Source: Octopus sinensis (lineage: Eukaryota). Taken from it: a stretch of 64,000 nt of DNA. Numbering within the stretch: the stretch's first letter is position 1; every line of letters starts with the position of its first letter. Of this stretch, positions 1 to 12,799 are shown one piece after another. Position numbers and translations under genes: made by a program. The notes below the pieces were generated by a model. The model ran no database searches, was not told the origin of the DNA, and saw nothing but the letters and a program-made list of their open reading frames with translations. The DNA is taken from NCBI RefSeq assembly GCF_006345805.1, contig NC_043004.1, forward strand, positions 102,610,001 to 102,674,000. Reading direction: 5' to 3'.

Positions 1-319
1 ATAGAGATAAGGGTGCAGTGAAGTGACTACTTCCAAGGGTAGAAGTCGGTGGCGGCAGTGATGGTGGTGGTGGTGGTGGTGGTGGTGAAGAAGGTGGTTT
101 ATCTTTAGCTTGAAGTTCTGAACCAATAAACAGCAGCAGCAGCAGCAACATCTTAGCATCTTCCTATCACACTAGATGTTCCATGATGATATTATACCCC
201 AGGTGAAGTGGAGACAGAGCGACGTGGAAGGATGGTCGTCGGTGGAACACTCACTGATTCCGAACTTCTCCCCTTTCACTCTCTGCATTTATTACTTTTA
301 TTCACTTACTTATTTTTTA

Positions 320-448
320 TGCGTGCGTGTGTGTGTGTGTGTATGTGTTGTATGTATTTATGTAGATGTATTTATATATATATATATCTATGTGTTTATA
401 TTTGTATATCTGTAAGTATGTTTATGTAGGTAGATTTGTATGTATGTT

Positions 449-491
<43 letters not shown>

Positions 492-581
492 GTATGTATA
501 TGTTTTTGTGTGTGTGTGTGTGTATTTTATATGTATATATTTATGTCCTTATGCACAGATCTGCATGCATGTATGTGTGTG

Positions 582-649
<68 letters not shown>

Positions 650-760
650 ATATATATATATGTCTATGTTTTTGTGTGTGTGTGTGTATTTTATATGTAT
701 ATATTATGTCCTTATGCACAGATCTGTGTGCGTGTGTGTGTGTGTGCATTTTATTTTTAT
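320..760. repeat. Compound (TA)n/(TG)n microsatellite field
   Basis: Direct inspection. Similar fields lie at 2480-2650, 3380-3490 (CT)n, 4070-4140, 47230-47365 and 60140-60310. Confidence 0.95.
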
Positions 761-1286
761 TTATTTTTTTTACTTTTATGTGTTTATTTTAAACATGTTG
801 CTATTGGTTAACTAGCTGTCCGTGAGAGTTAAAGCAGCTGTTTTGCTGGCGTGTAAACACTGCACTAACAGTCTTGTAAATGGGAAGGAACGAGCCGCTC
901 TCCTTATTGTGAACAGTGTTTGGCACGGCAGCGAGCATGATCAATCTCTTGCCCATGACATGATGTGTTTCTCTTCAGATTCTATGCCCAATGGCGCCAG
1001 ATAAAAGAAGCATCGCTTAATGGCTAACCAGTTTGCAGTAATAAATTGTTCTACCCATATTGATTTGCCCTTTGTTCTGGCAATTTCTTTTCAGGCTCTA
1101 ACATGGCTGATTTCAGCTCAAAGCAAAAACATAAAGAAGATATAAAATACAATATTAAAAAAAAAAAGAAATAATAATAATAATAATGAAAACTAAAAAA
1201 ACACAGGAAATGAGAGAAAAGGGGGGAAAAGAAAAAAAAGAAAGAAAAATATAGTTAGCTAAATAAAATAGAATAGAAGACTAGTG

Positions 1287-1330
<44 letters not shown>

Positions 1331-1953
1331 GTCTATGTTTTTGTGTGTGTGTGTATTTTATATGTATATATTATGTCCTTATGCACAGATCTGTGTGCGT
1401 GTGTGTGTGTGTGCATTTTATTTTTATTTATTTTTTTTACTTTTATGTGTTTATTTTAAACATGTTGCTATTGGTTAACTAGCTGTCCGTGAGAGTTAAA
1501 GCAGCTGTTTTGCTGGCGTGTAAACACTGCACTAACAGTCTTGTAAATGGGAAGGAACGAGCCGCTCTCCTTATTGTGAACAGTGTTTGGCACGGCAGCG
1601 AGCATGATCAATCTCTTGCCCATGACATGATGTGTTTCTCTTCAGATTCTATGCCCAATGGCGCCAGATAAAAGAAGCATCGCTTAATGGCTAACCAGTT
1701 TGCAGTAATAAATTGTTCTACCCATATTGATTTGCCCTTTGTTCTGGCAATTTCTTTTCAGGCTCTAACATGGCTGATTTCAGCTCAAAGCAAAAACATA
1801 AAGAAGATATAAAATACAATATTAAAAAAAAAAAGAAATAATAATAATAATAATGAAAACTAAAAAAACACAGGAAATGAGAGAAAAGGGGGGAAAAGAA
1901 AAAAAAGAAAGAAAAATATAGTTAGCTAAATAAAATAGAATAGAAGACTAGTG

Positions 1954-1957
<4 letters not shown>
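651..1957. repeat. Near-perfect tandem duplication, period 667 bp, bounded by (TA)n tracts
   Basis: Unique sequence at 822 recurs at 1489; by eye the copies differ only in microsatellite length; a partial third copy lies near 500-565. Confidence 0.95.
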
Positions 1958-1994
<37 letters not shown>

Positions 1995-2777
1995 ATTACA
2001 ACAATAATGAAAGATAGTGATAAATGATTAAATGAAAGAAATCAAAAAAGTAAATTAGAAATAAATAGTAAAAAAGTATATTAATAATAATAATAATAAT
2101 AATAATAATTGTGATATCAATGTGTTTGATAATAACATGAAAAAAATTGTTGGGGAAATCAAGGGAAGTGAAAGAAATATTGCAAAAGACAGTTTTTCTA
2201 AGACAACTCCCTGCCTCGTCCCCAGTTCTGTCCCTCCCCCCCTACCTCTCTCTTGTTCTCTCCCCCCTCCCGTTCGTGTATATATATTTACCCCCAAATG
2301 CACATACACATACTCTCATTATGAAAGGAGATGGGAAAGTGAAAAGAAACAGAGGCTCTCATCCTGCATATCGTTGCACTTCTCTTTGATAATGTTTGTC
2401 AATAATAGTTCCAATATGATAAGTGCCATAGATGCGAGAAAGCAGATTCATCTGTAGGAATTCATTGCTGAATATTAACAATTTTATATATATGTATATA
2501 TGTCTGTGTATGTGTGTGTATGTATGTATATATAAATGTATGTATGTATGTGTGTGTGTGTATATATATATAAATGTATATATATATACATGTATGTATG
2601 TATATATATATAAATGTATGTGTGTGTGTGTGTGTATATATATATGTATTATTTGTCAATTTTTTTTTTCCACTTTATATTCATTTATCACACTTTTACT
2701 ACATATATTTTTTTGCTAACTTTTTTTGTTTTTGTTGCTTGTTTTGTTAAACTTGAATCTTCTTTATTCTTCCCTTC

Positions 2778-2812
<35 letters not shown>

Positions 2813-3382
2813 GTCTTTATATGTATGTATGTTCCTGTTTTCATGTCTTATCTTAAAATTGCTGTCTTCTTTTTTTTTTTTGGTTTTTTTCTATTTCATT
2901 TTTATTGCCATTTATTTATTTTTATTTCCGCTATTTTCATCAATTCTAAAATAAAAAGAGGAGGGAATGGTTGAATTATTTATGACATCCGATCCATAGA
3001 TTGTTATGGTTGTTGACTTGTTTTATTTGTTTTCCAATAATCACAGAATGGTTTGTTGTCTTTCATTCTCTTTTTTTTTTTGTTGTGGTAGTGATGGTGG
3101 TGGTAATGGTGGTAGTGTTGGTTTTTTTTGGTGAGGATGGATGGTGAGGGCGCCGTTGGCCCTCCTTCATCCGTTGAGCAAGTGGCTTAATTAACGGCAT
3201 ATTTTTAGCTGAACCAGCCGATTGGCCTTGCTTTACTTCACTGCTTCATCAATTACTCTGGCCCCGTCAGCATACGAGTAAAAACACTTGCAAACATTAG
3301 CTTCAATTAATTATGGACTGTGACAGCTTAATAAAAATGTTCACACTTTGCTTGATTCTTAATTTGTTTTTGTTTTATTTCT

Positions 3383-3486
<104 letters not shown>

Positions 3487-4074
3487 TTCTCTCATCATCA
3501 TCGTTCTCTTGTTTCAAGATGTAAAGAGACATTGCTGGTACTGTGGTTTCAAGTGAAAATTAAAGAGTTAGAAATGTGCCTAGTCTCTACCACCACCAAA
3601 GTTCTATTCTCCACCTCCTTCTATATTTATTTGTATGTTTGCTTTCCAACACCACCACCTGATATATTTGTGTAAATATCTGTTTATATTCCTCGTTTTC
3701 ACCTTGGACACAGACATACATGCACACACACACACACCACACACACACACACACACACACTTTACTGTCTCTGTCACTTTGAGAAGTGAGATGCTGAGAT
3801 GCTGCATAGTCATGAGGTGTCAGAGGTCAGCACATGCAATTCCTAGAAGGAGCCCTCATCCTGCTGTTATTAATCCTACTTTACTTGTCAGGCTTTTAAG
3901 AGAGACGTGGGTAAGAAAAACCAATATGGACAAGGAATCTAACAATATTTATCTTGGCTGTTGTTATTTCACAAGAGTAGAAAAAAGAAAAAGAAAAAAG
4001 AAATCACACATTCAGATATATTGTTTGTTCCCTTGCACCTTACCGGAACATTGTTGCGTTTAGTATGTACATAC

Positions 4075-4129
<55 letters not shown>

Positions 4130-4780
4130 TATATACACACAGATAGATCAATAGATAGATGTACACCTCCACTTTGTCAATTATATTGTGTAGATATCTA
4201 CCGGTCGGATGACTGTTTGGTTCACTAGTGTTAGTAATTTGTGAATTAGTCACTTGTTAGCTCACTATCACAACCATCATGGTATTATTCTATCAGATCT
4301 TCATCATTCTCATTCCAACTTCAACAGCAAATTCTTCATTTCCTCGCAGTCATTGTTCACCACAATGGTAATCATTCATTTTGATTTGATTGTCTTTTAA
4401 TTAATCTAGAATGATAAATATTGAACTTTAATTTGCTTCTTCTTCTTCTTGTTAGCTGTTGTGGCTATGATAGTGATACTAAAGGTATAGGGTGGTGGTG
4501 GTGGCAGTATTAAAAGATGCTATTGATGTAACTTGTTGTTGTTGTTGTTTCACTCTGTGTCAACACTGATTGAACAATCTCATGATCAAAGCATTTTGGC
4601 CATGACCATCCTGGCTTTCTAAAGCTATTTAGGACTATATTATTGAGTGTGTCCTTTCTTTATTTAAAATTTGAGGGAAATTTGGCTACTCTTTCTAGCA
4701 GGTCAGACGACCAGATAGAGGCTGCATTGGCTTGTTCTTGGTGGACCTATTAAAGGTGTGGCTATTGCAAAGGATTGTCT

Positions 4781-5185
4781 TTTATCTTTTAGTTGCTTTC
4801 AGTCGTTAGACTGCGATCATGCTGAAGCGCAACCTTGAAGAATTTTAGTTGAATGAATCAACTCCTGTATTTATTATCTTTTTTGAAAAGCCTGGTACCT
4901 ATTCTATCAATCTTTTTTGCTGAACCACTAAGTTATAGGGACATAAACACACCAGCATGGGTTATCAAGTGGTAGGTGGGGATAAACATACCAAGAACGT
5001 ATGTACATACTCATATGGCGGGCTTGTGCTTCTTTCAGTTTCCATCTATCAAATCCACTTGCAAAGCTTTGGTTGACCCAAGGCTATAGTTGAAGACACT
5101 TGCCCAAGGTGCCATGCAGTGGGACTGAACCCAGAACCATGTGGTTCGGAAGCAACCTTCTTACTGCACTGCTGCACCCACGCCT
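4781..5185 (-). mobile_element. SINE family A (tRNA-like head, internal microsatellite), decayed
   Basis: Reverse-complement similarity to the copy at 18923-19347. Confidence 0.75.
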
Positions 5186-5564
5186 AGTGGTAGTAATAAA
5201 TGTTCAGTTGTTTTAACCCGATCATAGTGATGATAAAGGTGTTGTTAGCAATGTTGGTACTAAATTGTTGATAGTTGTCTCACGTTCATGGATAACATCT
5301 TGTGTTCCTCCTGTTTTATCCCTTCAAATGCCAGCTAGAAAAATCTATAACTTAATCTGTGAAAATCAAAGGAATTGGAATTTGTTATGCTGCTGGCCTT
5401 GCTCAGAAGTGAGATATTTTATGGTTACAACTATTCAAATAATATTGTAAGGATCACCTTATTAAGGGTGATGTTCTGTTATGTTGTAATTTTCTCTTTA
5501 AAAAAACTTAGCTGTCAAGTTTTGTTATCACTACTTTAGTTTTGCTGTATATACAGTATATATA

Positions 5565-5837
5565 GATGCCAGTGCCGCCTTGACTGGCTTCCGTGCCGGT
5601 GGCACGTTAAAAGCACCAACCAATCGTGGCCGATGTCAGACTCCCCTGGCACCTGTGCCGGGCACGTAAAAAGCACCCACTACACTCGCGGAGTGGTTGG
5701 CGTTAGGAAGGGCATCCAGCTGTAGAAACACTGCCAGATCAGACTGGAGCCTGGTGCAGTCCCTGGCTTCCCAGACCCCAGTCGAACCGTCCAACCTGTG
5801 CTAGCGCGGAAAACGGACGTTAAACGATGATGATGAT
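5565..5837 (+). mobile_element. SINE-like family B (gtggcacgtaaaaagcacc motifs; tail ttaaacgatgatgat)
   Basis: Near-identical copies at 24196, 30699, 34117 and 40458 (all minus); (GAT)n tail typical of RTE-mobilised elements. Confidence 0.85.
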
Positions 5838-6156
5838 AGATTACTTAAGAAGTATTGTATATGTGTGGGTGTACTTACATACACTCTCTAATGTGTGTGT
5901 GTGTGGACCTACGTTGGAGTAAACAAACCAGAGAAAAGTTGCTTGGCATATTTAATGAAATTAATTTATTCGAAGCTGGCCGATTCTCTCAAAGCTACTC
6001 ATTGTCTTGACACATGCAAACTTTTATTACCCAAAGGTTTGCATATGAATAGAAAATCTGGAGAGCAGTGAAGTGAATCATCAGCTTCAAATGAATATAA
6101 ATATACATATATATATATATATCTCTATATATAAAACTGAATTGCGTTTTTACCGC

Positions 6157-6187
<31 letters not shown>

Positions 6188-6824
6188 TGTGTGTGTGTAC
6201 ATACATGCATACAGATATAACGTTCTCAAGAGGCTTGAGTATTAAATTATTTGGCTTAGGTGTTGAGTCATTGCTGCAGTCGACTGACAGCTCTGTGATA
6301 ACAAGACTAATAATTGTGAGCAATCAAATTGAAATAGTTTATAGTGAAAGAACATTTCTATTCATGAGTTAGTGATTTTGGATATTCCTCTTGAATTTGA
6401 ACATAAAGCTTGACTTTACCATTTGTTAATGTTTCCTTGTCACAGAATTCTTTTTCCTTTTCACAGTTTTGTATCCATTTCAAATGCTTTTTTTCTTTTT
6501 TCTCCTTTATGTGGAGTTACTGCTATGTTTCATAGCTGAAGCTCCTTCTTATCTCTAACCACTCAAGCAACAATGGAACTTTTAGCAAAGTAGATAGAGC
6601 TAGGAGACTTTTCTATCTTGCCCAAGGGAAGACATAGTAGAGCAGTAATGTTTGAATGTCTGAGCATTTTGTCTGTAATTCAGCACTATCATAGACATTA
6701 GCCTGTCACAGATTATTGTTGTTAGGGAGTCTTTAGGGCCCAGATATCTGAATTTTTTTTCATTTTCTTGATGGTCAGCAGATGGCTTTTTATTTAATTA
6801 GAGTAACAATGTTTCACCAAAGAC

Positions 6825-7255
6825 TAAGACATCTAGTTTATCTTGCCTCATTGTATGAAGACATATGGTCCATCTTATATTAGACTATATAGACATCTGG
6901 TCTGTTTTTGCCTCGGTGTATATGGACATCTGGGCTATCTTGCTTCCATATATATGGACATCTTGTCTAATTTTACTTCAGTGTTTATGGTCATCTGGTC
7001 TATATATATGTCTGTTGTTATGTTGGTGTATATGGTTATCTGGTCAATCTTACTTCACTATATATATGGGCATCTGGTCTAACTTGCCTCAGTTATATGG
7101 ACATCTGGTCTGTTTTGCTTCAGTTATGTAGACATCTGGACTGTCTTTGGCTAGATATTCGTATACACTGTTATTTTGCATCAGTGGTTATGGCAATCTT
7201 TTTCTTCTTGCCTCAGTGTGTGTAGACATCTGGTCCGTTCTCAGTGTATATGGGT
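6825..7255. repeat. Degenerate minisatellite, ~31-33 bp unit (atggacatctggtc...tgcctcagtgtat)
   Basis: gacatctgg-like anchors recur about ten times at roughly 32 bp spacing. Confidence 0.8.
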
Positions 7256-7540
7256 GACTGTTTTTCACCTTGGTGTGTTCAAATGAATAAATTTTAAAAA
7301 AAAGGAAAAAGCTTTGTAGTGTAATCAGGCTCTGCAATATGCTATCAAGGTACCACACAGGCAGAACTATCAAACACTGAAAAAAAGAAATAATACAGTT
7401 TGGCAAAAGAGACAAATGATGAGTACCAGGCTTCAAAAATAAGTCCTGGAGTTGACTTGCTTGACTAAACACTTGAAGGTGGTGCTCCAGCATGGTCACA
7501 GTCCAACAACTGAAACAAGTAAAAGATTGATATACTAAGG

Positions 7541-7715
7541 TGCAGGAGTGGCTGTGTGGTAAAAAGCTTGCTTCCCAACCACATAGTTCCGGGTTCAGTC
7601 CCACCACGTGGCACCTTGAGCAAGTGTCTTCTACTATAGCTTTGGGCTAACCAAAGCCTTGTAAGTGGATTTGGTTGACGGAAACTGTAAGAAGCCCATT
7701 GTGTGTGTGTGTGTG

Positions 7716-7746
<31 letters not shown>

Positions 7747-7892
7747 TTACATCCATGTAACTTAGTGGGTTGGCAAAAGAGACCAATAGAATAAGTACCA
7801 GGCTTACAAAGAATAAGTCCTTCGGTTGATTTGTTTGACTAAAAGGCAGTGCTCCAGCATGACTCTAGTCAAATGACTGAAACAAGTAAAAG
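7541..7892 (+). mobile_element. SINE family A
   Basis: Head gcaggagtggctgtgtggtaa with B-box-like ggttcagtccc; tail gactgaaacaagtaaaagag. Confidence 0.85.
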
Positions 7893-8019
7893 AGATATTT
7901 AACCAATTGACCAACAATAATGAATGTTAGTCAATTGGTTAACTTGAACCAGTGCATGTGTTGTTATTGGATTAATGATCCTCCCAAGACAAGATTAGGA
8001 TATATTCTTTTTTTCTTTT

Positions 8020-8201
8020 ATTCTTTTAGTAGTTTGTCATTTGACTGCAGCCATGCTGGAGCTCTGCCTTGAAGGGTTTTAGTTGAACAAATCGACCTCA
8101 GGACTTAATTTCTTTTAAGCTTTATACTTATTCCATTGGTCTCTTCTGCCAAACCACTAAGTTATGAGGACATAACCACGCACACACACACACACACACA
8201 C

Positions 8202-8263
<62 letters not shown>

Positions 8264-8435
8264 ATGTGTGTATGACGGGCTTCTTTCAGTTTCTGTCTAC
8301 CAGATCCACTCAAAGTCATAAGGCTTTCTTCAGCCCAAGGCTATTGTAGATGACACTTGCCCAAGGTGTGACATGGTGGGACTGAACATGGAACTATGTG
8401 GTTGGGAAGCAAGCTTCTTACCACACAGCCACGCC
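8020..8435 (-). mobile_element. SINE family A
   Basis: Reverse complement of the family A consensus, ending accacacagccacgcct. Confidence 0.85.
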
Positions 8436-9944
8436 TATATAAAAGTTAATAACCTTGTATTTTCAATCTCCAGTTGTTAATTTTGACATGCTTGAGTGAA
8501 GGAAGTAGTTCATGGGTGGGCAGCCAATACATAAGCATATATGTATTTAGACAGCCTCTGAGAAAATAGCAGGCAAATTTCCCTCAAATTATGCCCTGCC
8601 ATATCAAATGAAATGGCAGAATGGTCATGGCTGGAATGATTAAAGATCTACTCTATCAGGAAAGCCAAATGCTAAACAACAACTTGGTTTTTAAATTTGC
8701 TTGTTGCCTCATTCCTGGTAATAACATTTTCACTTCTCTATAGTTAGCTACTTCTTTCTTCTCTGCCTTTTTTTGATAATATTAAATTCCTTCATGTTAA
8801 AGATATTGCCTAGAGAAAGAAAAATGATGGCTACAAGTTTTGATTCCTTATGTTTTTATCACATTTTATGTTCCAATAGAAAATGGAATTTATCCTTTTT
8901 TAATTGTCAAGTTTGTATAGAGTAATACAGCTCTTGCTCTCTCCCCTCCCTCTCATTTTCCTTCCAAAGGATCTTGTATAACCCTCGCCTCTTCCTTAAA
9001 CAAAGTGAAATAAAATATAATTGCGTGTCTAAAATAAAATTTTACTAAATAAAGCACGATTTTTTTCTCTTTCTGTATTTTGTTTTTTAATGTTAAAATT
9101 CCGTGGAATTAAGCAATTAACAAATATGTGTGTGTGTGTGTGTGTGTAATATAAATTCTGTTAAGGTTTGCAGCTTCTAGAAAATTCTGGATATTTTTAT
9201 TTTCTATTCAAACACATTTATTTTTAAAAGTGTCACACATCATAAACTGTTATGTCTGTGTGTGTTTTGGGGCTTCTGGAATTTGAACTCACAACAGGGT
9301 TCAAGCAATGACTATTAATTTTTGCACATGAGTTTAAAGGTGAAAATTTCCTTGAAATGTGATACGACCTGTTAATTTTTTTTTTTCTTCTTTTATCATG
9401 CATTGTTCAACGATAATTGCAAAACAGTAATTCTGGATAGATTTTTGGAAATGGAAATTTCTTCATTATTACCTCATAAAGTTGTGTATAGCATAGAATT
9501 ATTAGTAATTTGATTTTTATAAATTTCAGACTTTTTCATTTTTAGGGGTGGGGTGGTGGCCTTAGTTCTTCCAATTTATTATAAAGGATTTTGTTTGGAC
9601 TTACTACATGACAACTTGGAGAAATGTCTTCTATAACCCTGGGCAAACCAAAGCCTTGTGAGTGGAATTGATTGATTGAAATCGAAAAAAAATCTATTGT
9701 AGCTAGGGCTGACAAGAAGACACCCTATTCGAAATTCATATGGCCATTAGCCAAGTAGGTAGCATTCTAAACCCACCATGGTATTTTTACACCTTTTTGT
9801 TCCAGCAAGAATACTTCCCTGTGACAAACTGCAATGAAAAGCCTTTTCCAGGTTCAAATATATCTCAAACATATTTGAACTGGTATCATGTTTATTTTCT
9901 TCTCCATCACTGCTTTGTACATCTACTCATGAGTGTGTGTGTAG

Positions 9945-10258
9945 CCGCATATGGCTCAGTGGTTAGATCATGAAGTACTGAGTTCAGTTCCTGGACCGGG
10001 CTGTGTATCATGTTCTTGAGCACGATGCTTTATTTTATGTTGCTCCTGATCACTCAGCTGTTGAAATGAGTTGTTTTATCACTGGTGCGAAGCTGTATCA
10101 GCCTTTGCCTTTCTCTTGGATAACATCAGTGGTGTAGAGAGGAGAGGCTGGTAGGCATGGGCGACTGCTGGTCTTCCATAAACAACCTTGCCTGGACTTG
10201 TGCCTGGGAGGGTAACTTTCTAGGTGTAAACCCACGGTCATTCATGACTAGAGGAGGT
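9945..10258 (+). mobile_element. SINE family D (tRNA head plus central ttgagcaagacacttt...ctcagctg block)
   Basis: Colinear with the minus-strand copy at 56647-56987. Confidence 0.75.
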
Positions 10259-12756
10259 TATATATGTGTGTTTTTGTGTATCCTTGTTTTGACATCATGG
10301 TTGTAAACAAGCATTACTTTCATACAAGTGATGCTGTTTGTTTCCTGTCTTCTGTAAAAAAAAACATCTGGCCATGGGAAAATATTACCCTGCATGGAAA
10401 CAGGGGAAGGTTTATGACAGGGAGGGCATCTGGCTATAAAAAAATCTGCCTCAACAAATATAATCTGACCTTTTGCAAACATGGAAAAGTGGACATAGTA
10501 TAATGATGATGATGATGATTTCTGTATGTTGTTTATTGTTGGTGTTTGGTCTCGAGGTCACATTTAATCTAGCAAGACTTATTTATAAAGAAAGGCATCC
10601 CAATTATCCCTGTCCCATTTTGTGGGGTAAAAAATAGTGTGTTTAGCAAGGCAGAAAATTGGCAGAATTTTTAGATCCTTGGATAGAATGCTTTGCAGTG
10701 TTTGTTTCAGCCTTCTAAACTCAATTCAAATTCCATTAAGGGCAGTAAAGTACCTGTGAGTTACCTGGGTCTCTTCTTCTCACTCTTTCTCTCTGGATTG
10801 TACATGTTCAAAGGTCTCACCGTGTCACAGTGTGCTATACTGATTTGACATGAGAATTATGTTAAGAGTACATGATGTAACTTTGATAACTTTCAGCCAG
10901 TATAGACCCAGGCCATATCTAACTTAATAGCACCACCTGGTATGAAACATTAACCTCACAAGTAAGAATTCACTTGGCCAAATAACTACAGGTGTATCTA
11001 GGATGACATTATCCAATATATTCTTCCTTTTTTTATTTTTAAGATGGTAGTATGTGATTTAAGGCAGATTTGGCTGCTAGTTCTACCAAGTCAAACAACC
11101 ACATAGAGAACCACTTTAGCTCAAAGATTCCTCAATGTCTTATAATGTTGTATGTTGTACTTGAAACTAGGTGTTTATTGCTTAGTTGTTGTTTATAACA
11201 TTCCTATTTGAGTTATTTATTTGCGTGTGCTTGTGGTACTCTGTAAATATTACATATTTCTCTGATGAAAGATCTTAACAAAGACATTAGATCTCACCTC
11301 TTCCACACTGCCAATAGTTTATTCCAATTTGTGGATTTTTTCTATTTACTATTTGCCTACACGGACCAGCAGTAGTTTCCCTCATAATTCTATTGTTTCA
11401 TTTGAATCTTGAGCATCAGACCTAAATATATGAAGTTGTAATAAAGGTGGTTAAGGAAAGAGTCTGGCATATCAACAGATATATTGTCAAAAGTACCAGT
11501 CAAAGTACTGGAGGGCAATGTAATTGATATGTTCCATCCCCTCAAACTGCTAACCTTGTGCTAAAATTAGAAAGAATTCTGTTAATACTATTGTTAAGGC
11601 AATAATGAAAAGAAAAAAGCATGTTATTTAGTTACATCATGTATGTTCTTATTTCTTATTTCAAATTTCACTATGCTAGTTTAGTCTTTTAGAATTGATT
11701 AAAAAAAAAAAAAACATACCAGTCAGATACTGGAGTCAATATAACTAAGTGTACCATACCACAAAAGTTGTAGCCCTACGTCTTTAGAAATCCTTATTAC
11801 CTCTGCCTTAGCAAAGGTGGAGGTATTGTTTTCTCATTCATGTTTGTTTGCTTGTCCATGGACATGATATCTCAAGAACCACTGGGTGGATTCAGATGAA
11901 ACTTTCAGGGATGTTTGGCCTCGTGACTGGTATGAATTGATTAGATTTTGAGATCAATCCAGTTCTGGGCAGGGATTCTGGATTATTTTTCACTTAATTT
12001 TTGAGAGTGGCCATGTTTGTTTTTAGTATTCTTATTTATGAGAGCAGTTGAGTTTATTTCAGATATTCTCATTTAAAAAATCATCTCTGGCTAATCATTG
12101 AGAGTACGTAGCTATTGCCTTGGTGGAGGTTTGCACTCTCCAAGTGCTCTTGTTTATTTATGTATTATTTTCACTGACTCTAAGATAGAAAGATTAGTGT
12201 GATGTGTATATATTATGGCTAAACATGTACACTACATACATTTGTGTATATTGCCAAAAAGTGTGTGTGTAGGTGCATGCTATGAGGTTAAGAGTTTGCT
12301 TCCTAACCATGTGTAGTTCTGGGCTTGGTCCCACTGTGCAGCACTTTTATTACGGTCCTTGAACCAACCAAAATCTTATGAGTGGATTTGATACAGAAAC
12401 TGAAGGAAACTCATCGTATGTGTGTGTTCATTTACATTTGCACCCACTCCAAAAAGCCCAGAGTGGGTAATGCTGTTGTTTCCCATGTCAACAAATCAAC
12501 CACTGGCTTTATGTCTTCAGAGATGTGTAAATTAGGAGATCCTTTACTCCAAAAAACAGGTAAGAGTTAGTGACAGGAAGAGCATCTAGCTGTAAAACCA
12601 ATGCCATGATAATATTATTCACCTAACCCATATTAACATGGCAAAATAGATGTAAAAACAAATGAACAAATAAATATATATATATATATAAAGCATTTTG
12701 AGAAATTCAAGTTTGCATTGATTTACTGATTTCTGTTTTTTTTCTCTCTTAACCAG

Positions 12757-12799
12757 ACCTACCAAAGGATCAAGTGTAACAGGCAGTCAAGATTAAGCT
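12757..12799 (+). CDS. RNF220: RNF220 exon (TYQRIKCNRQSRLS), phase 0 to 1
   Basis: Acceptor ttttctctcttaaccag, donor GTAAGT at 12800; peptide resembles vertebrate TFLRVRANRQTRLN. Confidence 0.92.

Noticed and set aside
176-815. Cluster of YI/CV-rich ORFs
   Set aside because: Dinucleotide microsatellite translations; the same applies to similar ORFs throughout the window.
822-1004. 60-aa ORF duplicated at 1489-1671
   Set aside because: Starts at GTG, has no recognisable motif, and is duplicated only because of the tandem duplication; treated as non-coding.
2326-2345. agatgggaaagtg reading RWE, the expected end of the preceding RNF220 exon
   Set aside because: No GT directly after the Glu codon, and the upstream frame is low-complexity.
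12744-12756. CTCTTAAC resembling a U12 branch site before the first RNF220 exon
   Set aside because: Only 3 nt from the AG, too close for U12, and embedded in a long polypyrimidine tract typical of U2 introns.
12767-12779. GGATCAAGTGTA resembling U2 snRNA nt 24-35
   Set aside because: Lies within an RNF220 coding exon (RIKCN); chance match.
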